This document shows, piece by piece, positions 1 to 16,262 of a stretch of DNA of 64,000 nucleotides (within the stretch, counting starts at the first letter, position 1; every line of letters begins with the position of its first letter). The position numbers and the translations under genes are program-made. Source of the DNA: Dictyostelium discoideum. Lineage: Eukaryota. The notes beneath the pieces were generated by a model. It did not search any database and was not told where the DNA came from. It saw nothing but the letters and a program-made list of their open reading frames with translations. The DNA is taken from positions 3,328,001 through 3,392,000 of the forward strand of contig CM000150.2 in NCBI GenBank assembly GCA_000004695.1, in the 5' to 3' direction.

Positions 1-325
1 TTATTTTTTTATTTCTTGTTTTGAGCTTATCATCAATAATAGTTTTTTTTTTTGAATATAATTTTCATTAATTTTTTATTTCTACTAAGTCGGTTATGAA
101 AAAACAAATTTATTATCAAAGAATGTGTTTTGCCACACTTAATTAACCATTAATAATAGTAGATATAAAAAAAAAGAGAAAAAAGAATATATTAATGAGT
201 TGATTATTTTTTGTTTTTGGTAGTGGTTGTTGTTGTGTGGAGTGAGAGAGTTGTTGTGTGAGTGAGCGAGTTGGTGTGCTTTTTTTTATTTTTTTTTTAT
301 TTTTTTTTTTTTTTTGTGTTTTTTG

Positions 326-378
<53 letters not shown>

Positions 379-714
379 TATGTTAGTATTGTTATATATA
401 ATTTTATTTGTGCACGCTTTACAATTAATTTGGCTTTTTTTTATTTATTTTTTTATTTTTTTTTATTTTTTTTTTTTTTGATTACATATTATAGTATTGT
501 TTTTTATATTTTTTATAATAAAAAAGTTGTAATGTTTATAAAAAATCAATTAACTTCCCTTACCCAAAAACCAAAGAATATAAAAAATAAAAAATAAAAA
601 ATAAAAAATAAAAAATGAAATTAAATTTGGAATTGTGATCGCTTATGATTTTTTTTTTTTTTTTCGATTTCACTTTGAGATTGCTAAAAATAACTGAAAA
701 AAAAAAAAATGTGG

Positions 715-748
<34 letters not shown>

Positions 749-823
749 CCCTCAATAACTTTCTATAAAATTTTATTTATCGTATTAAATAAATAAATAA
801 ATAAGAAAATAAATAAAATTAAA

Positions 824-1816
824 ATGGGACATTTAAAAAATATTTTATTTATTTTAATTATAACTGTTTTTGCTGTTAAATCAAGTGAGGTGTCAAAATA
901 TAAAGCCTTTTCAATATCTGGCCCAGGATGCGATTCATCATTAAAAATTAATTTAAATGAGGCAACATGCTCATTAAATTGTGGTGTTTATTTATCAATT
1001 GAAAGTCAAACAGATCAAGATACTTTCAAATCTAGAATTTATTCAACCAGTAAACAATCATCTGAAAGTAAACAAGAAAATTCATCAGAGTTTTTGTCAT
1101 CTGACTCACATCCGTCATCGGATTTATCATCATCGGATTCATTATCGTCATCTGATTTATCATCAGACTCATTATCGTCATCTGATTTATCATCATCGGA
1201 TTCATTATCGTCATCTGATTTATCATCATCGGATTCATTATCGTCATCTGATTTACCATCAGAAACAACACCCTCCCCCACAACACCAGGCCCTTCAACA
1301 CCTGCCCCCACAACACCAGGTCCTTCAACACCTGCACCTGCTGACCCTGCTCCTGCTGATCCTGCACCTGCTGATCCCGCTCCTGCTGATCCTGCACCTG
1401 CTGATCCTGCACCTGCTGATCCTGCACCTGCTGATCCTGCACCTGCTAATCCTGCACCTGCTGATCCTGCACCTGCTGATCCTGCACCTGCTGATCCTGC
1501 ACCTGCTGCCCCTGCACCTGCTGATCCAGCACCTGCTGAACCTTCCACCGCCGCTCCTGCTGCCACTGTTCCAAGTGAAAATTTAGTAGCCTCAGTAACA
1601 AATTGCGTCAGTGAAAATAAATTAGAGGAAGTAGATATTGTTTGTTCCGATAAACCATCAACTTTTACAATTCTTGGACAACAATTCTCTGTTACATGTT
1701 TTGAAAATAGTCTTATTGAGGAAAATGAACAAGATGGTTCAAACTCTCCAAAAATCTCTGTAAAATATTCAACTTTAATTTTTATTTTATTTATTACTTT
1801 TTTAATTTTATATTAA
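824..1816 (+). CDS. Secreted, probably GPI-anchored, repetitive cell-surface glycoprotein (330 aa)
   Basis: N-terminal signal peptide (MGHLKNILFILIITVFAVKSSEV). Cys-containing flanking domains. About eight SSSDSLSSSDL repeats followed by about 16 PAPADP repeats. Hydrophobic C-terminal tail (STLIFILFITFLILY) consistent with a GPI signal. A single ORF with no obvious intron. Confidence 0.6.
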   Translation: MGHLKNILFILIITVFAVKSSEVSKYKAFSISGPGCDSSLKINLNEATCSLNCGVYLSIESQTDQDTFKSRIYSTSKQSSESKQENSSEFLSSDSHPSSDLSSSDSLSSSDLSSDSLSSSDLSSSDSLSSSDLSSSDSLSSSDLPSETTPSPTTPGPSTPAPTTPGPSTPAPADPAPADPAPADPAPADPAPADPAPADPAPADPAPANPAPADPAPADPAPADPAPAAPAPADPAPAEPSTAAPAATVPSENLVASVTNCVSENKLEEVDIVCSDKPSTFTILGQQFSVTCFENSLIEENEQDGSNSPKISVKYSTLIFILFITFLILY

Positions 1817-1858
1817 AAATTCAGTAAAGATCTTTATCCCATTGTATTCTAAAACTAT

Positions 1859-1900
<42 letters not shown>

Positions 1901-2424
1901 AAAATTCTAATCAAACCTTTATACTTTTATGTTTTAAATTGTTTCTTTATTTATTAAATATATATTTAATCTTTATTTCCAGTTTTTATTTTTAAATTTC
2001 TTTTTTTTAATTCCAGTTTTTATATTTTTTTTTTTTTTTTTTATTTTTTTTTTTTTTTTTACTTTTGTTTAAATTGTCACTTCTTAATATTTTATTTGTT
2101 TTTTTTTTATTTATTAATTTTTTATCATTAATTTTTAATATTTAATTATTTATTTTTTACTTTTTTAATTATAGTTAAAAAAAAAATTTTTCCCTTTTTA
2201 AAAGTAATAATAAATAATTAAGAGGTGAAAGAAATAAATAATAAGAAATTTCAACAAATTTTAATATAATAAATATTTATTATTTAATATTTAATATTTA
2301 ATATTTATTATTTTTTTATTTTTTAATTTTTATTTTTTTATTTTTTTTTCATTTTTTTTCAACTTTTTTTTTTTTCATTTTTCATTTTCGTTTTGATCAA
2401 CAAATAGCCACTACAAAAATAAAA

Positions 2425-3198
2425 ATGTTGAATAATTTAATTAATAAAAGATTATTTACTTTAAATAATACAAAGAAATTATTTTTAAATTCTCAACCAA
2501 AATTATATAGTTATAGTAATAAAAACAGACTTTTTTCAACAAATTCAACAAATTCAACAAACCCAACAAATTCAACAAATCCAACAAATCCAACAAACCC
2601 AACAAATTCAACAAATCCAACAAACTCAGCAAACTCAACAAATAATAATGATGAATATGAAGATAGAAATTATGATGAATATATTAAAAAAGGAATTTTT
2701 TTAGAAGATGATGATGGACAAACAAGAATGTATAAAATCTTAAAACATAAAATGCGTGAGACAGAAAAGGAACTTAGAGAAGGATTAAAAATGAGTGATG
2801 AAGAATTTTTTAAAGGTAAATCATCATCAAAACAAATTTTCCTTAGTAGACATGGCACAATTACATTGGCAGTGACATTAGCAATTTTCACAGCAACTGC
2901 AATGTTCTTTTATTTTGGAAAGAGAAAACACATTTTATTATCACAACAAGTCGATTATCATACAACTGCAATCACCAATGAATTAAATCAATTAACAAGT
3001 GATAATCAAAAAATTTACGATTCTTTATCTTCCTCTCAAAATCAAGATCAATTAATAACTTTATTAATTGATAAAATCTTAATTGAAAAAGGTATTCTCA
3101 ATAATAATAATAATAATAATAAATCAATAACCCCAGCTGAATTAAATAAAATAAAATCAGAATTAAAATCAATAATTGTAAATAGTATTAATAAATAA
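2425..3198 (+). CDS. Hypothetical single-pass membrane protein with a presequence-like N-terminus (257 aa)
   Basis: Basic, hydroxylated N-terminus (MLNNLINKRLFTLNNTKKLF...RLFS) that resembles a mitochondrial presequence. (STNPTN)n repeat, one predicted TM helix (TLAVTLAIFTATAMFFYFG) and a coiled-coil-like C-terminus. No family recognised. Confidence 0.4.
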   Translation: MLNNLINKRLFTLNNTKKLFLNSQPKLYSYSNKNRLFSTNSTNSTNPTNSTNPTNPTNPTNSTNPTNSANSTNNNDEYEDRNYDEYIKKGIFLEDDDGQTRMYKILKHKMRETEKELREGLKMSDEEFFKGKSSSKQIFLSRHGTITLAVTLAIFTATAMFFYFGKRKHILLSQQVDYHTTAITNELNQLTSDNQKIYDSLSSSQNQDQLITLLIDKILIEKGILNNNNNNNKSITPAELNKIKSELKSIIVNSINK

Positions 3199-3387
3199 AA
3201 AATAAATAAATAAATAAATAAATAAAAAAAAACAAAAAAAAATCCAAAAAAAAAAAAAAAACAATTGTTTTTTGGTTTTTGATTTGTTTCAACCAAAAAA
3301 AAAAAAATATCTGATTGTGTTGATGGCCATTTTATTTTTATTTTTCATTTTTTTTTTATTTTTATTTTTTTTAATTTTTTTTTTTTT

Positions 3388-3431
<44 letters not shown>

Positions 3432-3674
3432 TAAGCTCAACTTTAGATAATGCTCATCATCGCCAACAAATAATAAATTTATTTATTTATTGTTTTTTGG
3501 TTTTTTTATTTATTTATTTTTTTTTTTTTTTTTGTTTTTTCCACACAACCCACATTTTTTTTTTTTTTTTTTTTTCCCATTTTTTTTTTTATAGCCTCAA
3601 AAAAATAACACACAAAAACAAATAATTTATCTTTAGTAGTATCTATTTATTTTATATTTGTTTTTTTTATTATT

Positions 3675-3710
<36 letters not shown>

Positions 3711-4297
3711 TTATTATTTATTTAAGATTGAAAGTCAAATAATATTGTACATACCAATATATTTTATAAAAAAGCACTTAAAATTTTAACATACACATAC
3801 ACCAACACCACCACACTTATATATACAACCCAAACACCACACTATTCACACAAACTTAATCAATAATTATTATTATTATTTTTTTAATTTTTTAAAAAAC
3901 ATTTTGGAGAAAAAAAAAAAAAACAAAAAAAAAGACAGAAAAAAAAAAAAAAAAAAAACACATCATACAGAAAAGTCATCCATTCATCCATAATTTTTGT
4001 CATTCATTCATTCGTGTATTTACTTTTCATATATAAACTTTTTTTTAATAATAATAATATTAGTTATAAAGCAACTATTATAATAAAATAAGTTACCTTT
4101 ATTATAAATTTGTTTAATTAATTAATCAATTAATTAATTAATTAAAACCAGATTGATTTTAAAAAAAAAAAAACAAAAAAAAAAAAAAATAAAAACAAAT
4201 AAAAAAATCACAAATAAAATAAAAATAAAATATAAGACAATAAAAAAAAAAAAAGTGGTATTGGAGAAATAGTAAATAGAATATAATATATAAAGAA

Positions 4298-5504
4298 ATG
4301 AGTAGAAGGAAAGCAACACCAGTTGGAGAGGATACCCTTTTTAATAAATTTTTAATAGTCGGACTTGACCCAGACACATTCCAATCATCATTAGCTTTCC
4401 AATGGATACCAAAGAAAATTGGTGAAACACCATCACCAAAAGAAATTGAAAGAGAAGATACTGATAATAGAAAAGTTATTGAATTTTGTTTTCCAGAATC
4501 AAGTGATGAATGTTCAAATATTATGAAAAAAAGGTACATACATAATTTATCACATTTTAAACATTTTTTTTTCCTTTTACTAATAATAATAATAATTTTT
4601 TTTTTTTTTTTTTTTTTTAAAAAAAAGTGATACTACAATTAAATTTTTTTCATTTGTTTTAACAGATTCATATGGTAATAAAACAATTGCATATTGTAAA
4701 AGATTTATGAGATCAATTGAACCAATTTGTTATTGTATTATAAGTAGAAAACCATTCTTTAAATTATTTGATAGAGTATTCATTGCAATTCAAGAAAAGT
4801 ATGAAATCAAATCGAAAAATAGTATTCATAATTTACTTTCAGCTTTAATAGCATATCCAATTCCAAAATCTTCAACAACCATTGAATTAACAACTACTGC
4901 TACAAATTCTGCAACTGAAAATTGGGTATTTCCATTTTTAAAACCAAGAACTAATTTTGATCATGTAAGTACATCTATATTAATATATATATATATATAA
5001 TATAAAATATATATATTAAAATATAAAATATTAAATATTAAATTAACATTTATTGTAATTTTTAGATTGATTATGAACTTATACATAAAATGAATCCAGC
5101 ACATATTATTAGATTATTTGAATTTGCAATTACAGAGAGTAGAGTTATATTGTTATCAAAGGATATATCAGTTGTATCCAATGGTATTTTAGCATTATCA
5201 TCATTATTATCACCATTGGTATGGCAACATATTTTCATTTCAATTTTACCAAATGCATTAATGCCATATGTTGCTGCACCAATACCTTTTTTAGTTGGAA
5301 TTTTAGAGTCATCACTTAAATCATTTTATCAACAACCAACTGAACAAGTTATTCTCTACAATTTAGATACTTTGGATTTCATAATAGATCCTGATACAAA
5401 ATCATTATTACCATATCATATTAGAATTTATTTGGATAATTATTTAAAAGAATTTAAAACTCAACATCCAACTTGTATGTAAAAAAAAAAAAAAAACATT
5501 TAAA

Positions 5505-5579
<75 letters not shown>

Positions 5580-6327
5580 TATTAATACTTTTTTTATTAT
5601 TTTTATATTTTTTATTTTAAAATAGATAATAATGATTTTGATTCAGAAATTAGAAAACCATTTTATTCAGTAATTTATCATTTATTTCAACATTATTCTA
5701 ATTTTATGTTAAAGAGTGGAGCAAATTATAGTTTTTTTAAAGATCAATTTTTAGAATCACCATTAAATTCACAAAATAAAAAATTATTAGAAGTTATATG
5801 TAATTCTCAAATGGTTGAAGTATTTTTTGGTGAAAAGGAGAATGAATTCTCTGATAGTGGTGAAGTGAATTGTGAATTCTTGAATGGCGCAAGAGAGAAA
5901 GCCGATGAAATACCATTCTTTTCAAGAAAGAAACTTGGTCAATATGATTGTCCAGCATGTTTAAATTCGACTATATCATTTTCAACTTGGGATTTAAATG
6001 GATTCATAATTCATAGGGAATGTTTAAAATGTCGTACTTGTGAAATGGCCTTTGAAAATCCAACCGATGATAAAGATAAAATTGAAATAAAGAAAATTAA
6101 TGATGGTGAAGCTATAAAAATCTATTGTACAGATTGCAGAAGTAAAACATTTATGAACAAAATTAAAAATACCTCTTCTCATTCAAAACAAAAATTTTAT
6201 AATTTCATTAAAACTGATAATTTATTTCATAATTCAATTGTATTAAATAATAATTATAATTCAAATAATTTAAATGTAAATAAAGATAATAATAATATTA
6301 ATTATAGTAATAACTATAGTAATAATA

Positions 6328-6402
<75 letters not shown>

Positions 6403-6746
6403 GCGTTAATAATTATGGATTTGGACCACAACATCCTTTACCTATGTCAGTGTCTCACGAAATTCATAATTTCAAATTTAAAAATAGTACAAATAGCAAT
6501 AACAATAACAATAACAATAACAATAGCAACTCCAACACCACCACCAACAACAACACCAATAATAATAATAGCAACAACCAACCAACGCAAACATTACATA
6601 TACAAACTCAACAACCATTGACACCATCAAAACTGGTTGTACCAAAACCATTAAATACTCAAAATAAAGGAAAATCACTTTCAAGTGCTCAATTCGCTCA
6701 AATTTTAACTAATCATCATAATCATACGCAACAAAATAATAGTAAT

Positions 6747-6813
<67 letters not shown>

Positions 6814-7301
6814 TTAATAATAATAATATTATTATTAGCAATGGAAAATCAGGATCAGGTGGTATTCCGTTACAAAAATCATCATCTTTAGGTAATAGCT
6901 CAAGTGGTACTGCCAATATTACAAGTGGAAGTTGTATTACTTTTGGAAATAATTATAGTAACAATATTGGCGGTGGCGGTAGTAGTAGTAGTAATAGTAG
7001 TAGTGGTAATAATAGTAGTAGTAATAGTAGTACAAATTTAAATAAACAACTAGTTGATAGATTTAAACCTCCACTACCTCCTACTCCTGGTGAAAGAAAG
7101 GAAAGAGCATTAGAACAAATGAAACAAAGAAATATTCATGTTGTCATTGAGGATTATCAATATACTGCTGATAATAATAATAATAATAATTATAGCAACT
7201 ACAACAACAACACAGATAGTTCAATTCCTTCATTTTCATTTTCATCTAGTCCACAAAATCCACCACCACCAATTTCACCAAGAAGCCAAAACAACAACAA
7301 C

Positions 7302-7392
<91 letters not shown>

Positions 7393-8250
7393 TCAATAGT
7401 AATAATATCACCACATCCAATTTAACTAAATCAGTATCATATAGTGGAACAATTAATAAACCTGCTATACCAGCCCGTAGTTTTAACAAAGATATTGAAA
7501 AAGAAGATTTAACTCAATTTCAAAATAGTAATAAAAAAAATGCACCCCCACCAGTACCAGAGAGATCAAAAACTCCCCCACCTCCCCAATTATCATCGTC
7601 ACCATCATCATCATCTAATGAATCATCAACAAAAATATCACCCCCATTTCTTTCACCAAGAAGAAAATCAAATCCTGCTATTTTACAAGTTTATGCTCAA
7701 CAACATCAACATCAGCAACAACATCAACACCTACAAAAAAAGAGTATACACATTAAATCATCACCTTTAAATCCAGTATCAAATCCTATTCCAATTACTA
7801 GAAAAAATAATAATAATAACAATAACAATAGTAATACATCATATTCACCATCACCACCTGCAATACCACCAAGACAATTACCACCAAAATTATCTAAACC
7901 AACAACTAGTTTCACAAAACTTCCTGATTCAACAATTTTAAAAAAAGCAGCAAAACCAACTCCTCAAATTTTCGAACCATCTTCCTCCTCACCACAACAA
8001 CAACAACCCCCATCTCCCATTAAAAGTTTTAACAAAAATAGTCCAAATAGAAATAATAATAATGGAAATAACAATGGAAATAACAATGGAAATAACAATG
8101 GAAATAAAACACCATCGCCACCTCCACTTCCAACTAGAAAAGTAAATGTTATTAATAATAATAATGGTAATGGAAATAAAACACCATCACCTCCAAAAAG
8201 CAATATTGCTAATCCTTCTTCAATAGCTATAAAACCAATTGTATTTGATG

Positions 8251-8330
<80 letters not shown>

Positions 8331-8461
8331 CCACCTGCAATTCCTGCAAGAACTCCTCCTAAAACATCCCCACGCACAATGGTTAAAGAATACAATAACA
8401 ACAATATTTATTATCACAATCAATTTCAGTATAAACAACCTCCAAAACAACAACCACCACC

Positions 8462-8524
<63 letters not shown>

Positions 8525-8672
8525 CTTATCAACCTCACCCCCAGAAATTAAATCACCAAGAAGACTCAATAAAACATGTCATAATTGTGCAGAACCATTA
8601 AATTGTAAGATACCAATTACTATGTTTGAAAATAATTACTATCATCAACATTGTTTCAATAATAGTTATTAG
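4298..8672 (+). CDS. DENN-domain protein with a C-terminal LIM-type zinc finger and a long polyN/polyQ region
   Basis: Four exons: join(4298..4533, 4628..4964, 5066..5474, 5626..8672), with GTACAT, GTAAGT and GTATGT donors. uDENN motif FSFVLTDSYGNKTIAYCKRF spans the exon1/exon2 junction. Core DENN motif SRVILLSKDISVVSNGILALSSLLSPLVWQHIFISILPNALMPYVAAPIPFLVGI. LIM-like finger CPACLNS..HRECLKCRTCEMAF..CTDCRS, plus a half-LIM near the C-terminus (CHNCAEPLNC...HQHC). Confidence 0.75.
8251..8330 (+). repeat. Perfect (CAA)~27 microsatellite encoding a polyQ tract inside the DENN gene
   Basis: Uninterrupted caa repeats. Similar (CAA)n and (AAT)n tracts recur throughout the window, for example 17503-17578, 19750-20010 and 59341-59580. 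Confidence 0.9.
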
Positions 8673-9064
8673 TTTATGTAAAAAAAAGAAAAAAAAAAAA
8701 AAAACAATTCTTGTTCAAATAAAACTATTTTTATCCTATTATTCATTTAAAACACACTTTATTATAAACCCCACTTTTTTTTATTTTTTTTTTATTTTTA
8801 ATTTATTTTTAATTTTTTCTCTTACACCAACACTTGCTGAAAAATTTTATTTTTTTTTTTATTTTTTTTATTTTTTTTTTGTTTTTTTTTTTTTGAAATT
8901 TGGTTTATTGTAAAAAAAAAAAACCATTTTCGAAAAGTCATTTAATTAGATATATTATTTTTTTTTATTTTAAAAACCCAACTCTACCACCCAACTATTA
9001 TCATGATATAATTTTAAAAGAATTTTTTTTTTTCCCAATAATTTTTTTTTTTTTTTTTTGTACA

Positions 9065-10927
<1,863 letters not shown>

Positions 10928-11031
10928 ATAAAATAAAATAAAAAATGTACATATGTAAACAAAAAAAAAAAAAGACAAGATATAAAATCTAAAAGGGATG
11001 TGTTTTTTTTTTTTTTAACTTTTTTTTTTTT

Positions 11032-12129
11032 TTATTTTTTTTTGTTTTGATTTTGATTTTTTAAAGGAGATTGTGGCGAAGATGTCGCAGTGGTTGTTGT
11101 AGTTGGTGAAACTTGTTGTTTAATTTGATCAAGTAATTGGTTAACAGAAATTGATAAATCAAAATTAAAATTTAAACTATCAATTATACTTGAAGGGATT
11201 TGAGGTAAAGATTGTAGTTCAATATTTGGTTCGGGGACCTTAAAAGAAAGACTTCTTCCGATTTGATAGATTTTGTTTAGAGTTTCATCAAATTCTTTGT
11301 TTCTTACTAATTGAAGGTAAGCTTTATAGAGATCCATTGCAGTCTTTGCATCTTCTACAGAACAATGAGTCTCTGATTGAATATCAATCTTTAGGAGGAT
11401 ATAAGCCAAGAAACGAAGTGAGAGCTTTCTTTGATTCTTTAGTTGAAACAATTCTACGGTATCGATGATTTGATTTGGTGGTACATAAATATTAATGATA
11501 CGGAAATCCTTTTTCAAACCATGTCCAACAAATTTCACACCTTGGTCAACGAGATAACGAAGTTTAAGATAACAACTCTTTAGGGTTATAACATTTTTAG
11601 TGGATAACTTTGGATCTAAATCACCGGGATTAATACCACTGAAACGAGTTAGATAATCTGTTACAGGTTCAATGGATTGAATGTAATCGTCAAAAAATGC
11701 TTCACCATTTTCACGAATGATTGAAACACGTGCTAAACTAAAATTACCAGGTTGAATGATAACTCTTTTACCATCAGAACTAACCTCTGTTTCCTCTGGA
11801 CCAATAGAAACAAATTCTGTATCAATAGCGACGAGATCATTCTCTTTAGGTATGGTATTTGCTGTTGCTGGTGTAAAATTGATTGGTGTTTTACATGTTA
11901 CCATATTATTTTGTAAATAAACTTCTTTAGTAATGGTTGAAATATGTGGTGGTATTGGAATATTTGTTATTGTGGTATCGGTAGAACTATTGCTAACTAC
12001 CTTATTATAGTACAAAATTGATGGTGTCTTCCAATTAGTATCAAAATGTGTTACATCGGTTGGTGAACATTCATTAATTTTGAAATCATTGAAATTAAAC
12101 CATGTTGAATCGATATAATTTGGACGATG

Positions 12130-12200
<71 letters not shown>

Positions 12201-12824
12201 AAGTGGTTGTGTTGTTGGTATTATTTTCATTATCACTATTACTACTATTATTATTTGATCCAAGTAATTCTAATGATTCTTCTTTAAATTCCTTATTATA
12301 AAAATCAGAAACTTTAATTTGAGAAACACAATGACCTTGTTTTGGTATCCTTTTCACTTGATCTTTTATATGTGATACACATGCAGTCAATTCATATAAT
12401 TGACCATCTTTGTTGATTTCTTGTGTTAAATCTTTTGGATCAACATGATGTTTTGATTTCTCTGGATTATTTGGGTATTCTGTAATAAATAATTGACCAT
12501 TATCGTCGATTTTAATTCGAATTTTTAATGGTAACCATGTTATCTCTTCAATTGGAGTTGCAGTGTTGGTAGTTGTTGTTGTTGTTGTAGTTGTTGTTAA
12601 TTGATTATTATTTATTAGTATTGATAAAGATGATGGAGATAATGAAGTTGAAGAATTTGATGAAGTTGAAGAATTTGATGTAGTTATTTGATGTGTTGGT
12701 GTTGAAATCGGCGTTGATGATTGATGGGTTTGATGAGTTGGTGTTGAAAAATTTGGTGGTGATAATGTCTTACCATTTGGTGTTGATATATTTGTATTAT
12801 TAATTGGTTGTGAATTTGTATTAC

Positions 12825-12888
<64 letters not shown>

Positions 12889-15581
12889 AGTTGAGGGTGG
12901 TACTGTTATTGTTGATGTTGATGAAGTTGTCGTTGTTGTTGAAGATTGCGATTGTTGTAAAGGTATTGATGATGGTGTTGCATTAAAAGTTTTCGAACCA
13001 GGAATAATATTTGCAACTTCATATTTCCAATATTCTTCATTTTCTTTTTTTAAACAATTTGCATTTATACATAAAATATTTGGTAATGTTTTGAGTTGTT
13101 TCTTTTGAAAGGTTGATGAAAAAGTTGAACATTTTTCACACCATGCAGGTGACTTAATTTGCTTTGTTAAACTAAGTTTTAGTAAATTACTAAAAGTTGA
13201 ATCACCGCCCAACTCTTGCGGTGTATTTGGATAAACGATATCATATTGGAATTGTCTTGATTGTTTTTCATATTGATGTCCACAATTTATACATTTATTT
13301 GATGAAGTTGTAATTGATCCAAATAATTTATCAATTATCGTATCATTAATATTACTTATACAATTATTATTTGTATTATTTGTATTATTATTATTATTAT
13401 TAGTATCATTATTTGTATTTAAATTATTATTATTATTATTATTATCATCATTGTTATTATTGTAGGTTGGAATTGGAGGAGTTAATTCTTTTTGAATTTG
13501 ATCTAAAAGGAATCTATTAAAATTTGCAATTAATTGAGTTAAAGGTATTTGTGGATCAGGTGAATCACCAGATAAGAAAATACTTAAGGCAGCAGTTTGA
13601 GGAATTTGTTTTAATACTCTAATAAAGTTACTGGTGTCAACAATGTTACCTTGACATTTATCCATCATTTGGAAAACAAAACCAAGTTCACAGCTAAGAC
13701 AATAGTTTCTAGTACATAAATGATTCAACATTGTCTCTTTAATTTGTGGTATGAAATAAAGGTTTTGAATACAACTATTGGTATAACTATTTGGTAATAT
13801 ATTCTCTAATCCTGCAAATTTAGTTTTATTATATTCCACCATATCAAAATCTTCAACTCCAAACTTTTTAAATTTCATTTCTCCCCATCTATATGATTTG
13901 GGTGGTCTAATATGTGACATTGATGATATTGTTAAATTTGATAAAGTTTTTTTGCTACCATCTTCATATGCTTTACCACGAATCTATTTTATTAATTTAA
14001 AAATATAATAATTAATTAACATTTTTTAAAATATTTTATAAAAAATAAAAAACAAAAAAAAAAAAAACTTACCTGTTTTCTTGAAATACCAGTATTTGAA
14101 ATATAACCAACGAAATCATGTTGTTTTAAATGAACTAATAAAGATGAATTAATTGGTCTAGTTGGTAAACCAACGGGATAAGATAAATTTGGTTTCCAAT
14201 AAGAGAGTGGGAATTGATCATAAGGTGGCACAGGGGGTGGTTGATCAAAGATTACATCGCTTAATGGAGAATATTCATCCATTTTCTGAGGTCTTGATAA
14301 TTGGGTGAATGGTACACATTCAGTTGGATAAGGATTAATGTTGACGTGAATATCCTCTTTTTCAGCCCATTGATGAACTAAACCACCACTATCACCAAAT
14401 GCCATACACTCGCCTGTTGGTGCGATATCAAACGATTGTAAATAACCAAACAAAGAATCTATTTGAAGATAAGGTGGTGATTGGGATTGAATATCGCCTT
14501 GAACATCACAAAGGTAAATTTGATTACTAGACTCACTAACAACCACAACCGTTGAATAGAATATTGGATGGAATTTAACGATTGATGGTCTTTTATATTG
14601 AATTGGTGGTAGAGATCTCATGGTCTTTATATCGTATACCCTAACAATTGGATCGATATACATTTGACCCAATCTTGGTGAACAACCACAACTAACCAAA
14701 AGGTCACCTTTAATATCGACACTCTTTATATCGCCTTTATGAGCGGGTAATGAACTTTCAATTCTCCAAGTTCTAGGATCCAACATTGATATCTCACCAT
14801 TGGTTTGACCACACCATAAACTTCTACCCCTGTTGATGGTTTTAACACCTGATGACATCGTCACCTCTTTCACCACTTTACCTGTAAAGAAATCCACAAC
14901 ATATAATGTATTTTGATCTGATCCTATCACTATCTCTGTGTTTTCAAAGTTTGAAAATGAAATTGCATTGAAATCTTTCATCCTATCATTCTTTATTTGA
15001 TAAATGGGTGCTCCACCTCTACTATGATATGATAATGCTGTCTTTGATAATGATATAATACCTTCTGAATCCACTAATAAATCTTTAATCTCTGTTTTAT
15101 CTACAAAAAAACTTGAAAATCTATCTAATGTTGGATTAATTAATGATGATATTTTACCCTTTTTTTTAAAAAAAAAAAATAAAAATAAAAATAAAAAATT
15201 AGATTTTATTAAAATAATAATAATAATATAATAATATTGTTAATAAAAATAACATACATTTTGATAACCAACCCAAAGTAATTCTTCCCAATGATCAAAT
15301 TTTAAACTTGTAATTGGATTTTGAGAATTTGATGACGGATATTCAGGTACAACTCTCATTTCGAACCAAGTACCATCATAATAACCATCATCTTCTGGCT
15401 GATCAATTTCATAACCTGTTTGGTGAGGTGTGTATCCATATAAACCATTATTAGGGTTATATATAGGTTGTGGTGGAGGTGCACCTCCATTTATATTCGG
15501 ATTATAAAATGGTTGATTATTATTTGGTGATGGTGATGGTGATGGTGATGATTGTTGTTGTTGTGTTTGTGGAGGTTGTTG

Positions 15582-15664
<83 letters not shown>

Positions 15665-15830
15665 GCGATTGATTTCCTAAATTATATGATAATGTTTGAG
15701 ATTGTAATGGGGATCCACGAATTAAATGATCTTGTTGGTAATTACTATAGAGTAATCCATGTTGAGGTTGTTGATGATTTTGATTCTTCTCTTGACCACC
15801 ATAGACTCCTGTATTTGAACTACCATACAT
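11032..15830 (-). CDS. pan2: PAN2 poly(A)-specific ribonuclease subunit (WD40 + inactive UCH-like + DEDD exonuclease)
   Basis: Three exons on the minus strand: join(15259..15830, 14067..15166, 11032..13983). Donors are GTATGT (rc 15253-58) and GTAAGT (rc 14061-66). The N-terminus ITSLKFDHWEELLWVGYQN matches human PAN2 SHFDLHEEMLWVG. WD repeats lie in exon 2. The UCH-like region reads NSCIQNLYF.. The C-terminal RNase D-type exonuclease reads LVAIDTEFV..YLTRFSGINPGDLD. The ORF track splits this gene into three ORFs, two of them with GTG/TTG pseudo-starts. Confidence 0.8.
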
Positions 15831-16215
15831 TTATTTTTTTTTTTTATATTTATTTATTTTTTTCAACTATCTATATATACTTTGTATTTCTTCACACTTT
15901 CTCCTCTATTTTTTTTTTTTTTTTTCTATTGTTTTTATTTTTATTTTTATTTTTATTTTTATTTTTATTTTTATTTTTATTATTGTTATTACAAACAAGA
16001 TATAGTTTTATAAATAGATATATATATATATAATATTTATTTAATTGTTATTATTTCTGTATTATTACTGTTTATTCTATTTAAAAATTATTTTTTTTTG
16101 AAAAACAAAAAAAAAACAAAACAAAACAAAAAAATACAATAATGTGGTTTGAGAAAGAATGTTTATATGTTTTTGTTTAAATGTTTGAAAAATACTTTTT
16201 TTTAATTTAATTATT

Positions 16216-16262
<47 letters not shown>

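Noticed and set aside
262-597. 111-aa ORF made of F/I/Y homopolymers
   Set aside because: It is a translation of (T)n/(ATT)n simple sequence in the 5' intergenic region. It has no start context, no complexity and no splice logic.
981-1586. Three overlapping ORFs (981..1586 +, 1032..1442 -, 1039..1566 -) with HYRH/LLILH or AGAGS repeats
   Set aside because: They are alternate-frame and antisense readings of the SSSDSL/PAPADP repeat DNA of the 824..1816 gene. Repeats keep all frames open.
15470-16033. 187-aa plus-strand ORF with a polyY/V tract
   Set aside because: It is antisense to PAN2 exon 1 and runs across its (AAT)n tract. It is a low-complexity artefact.
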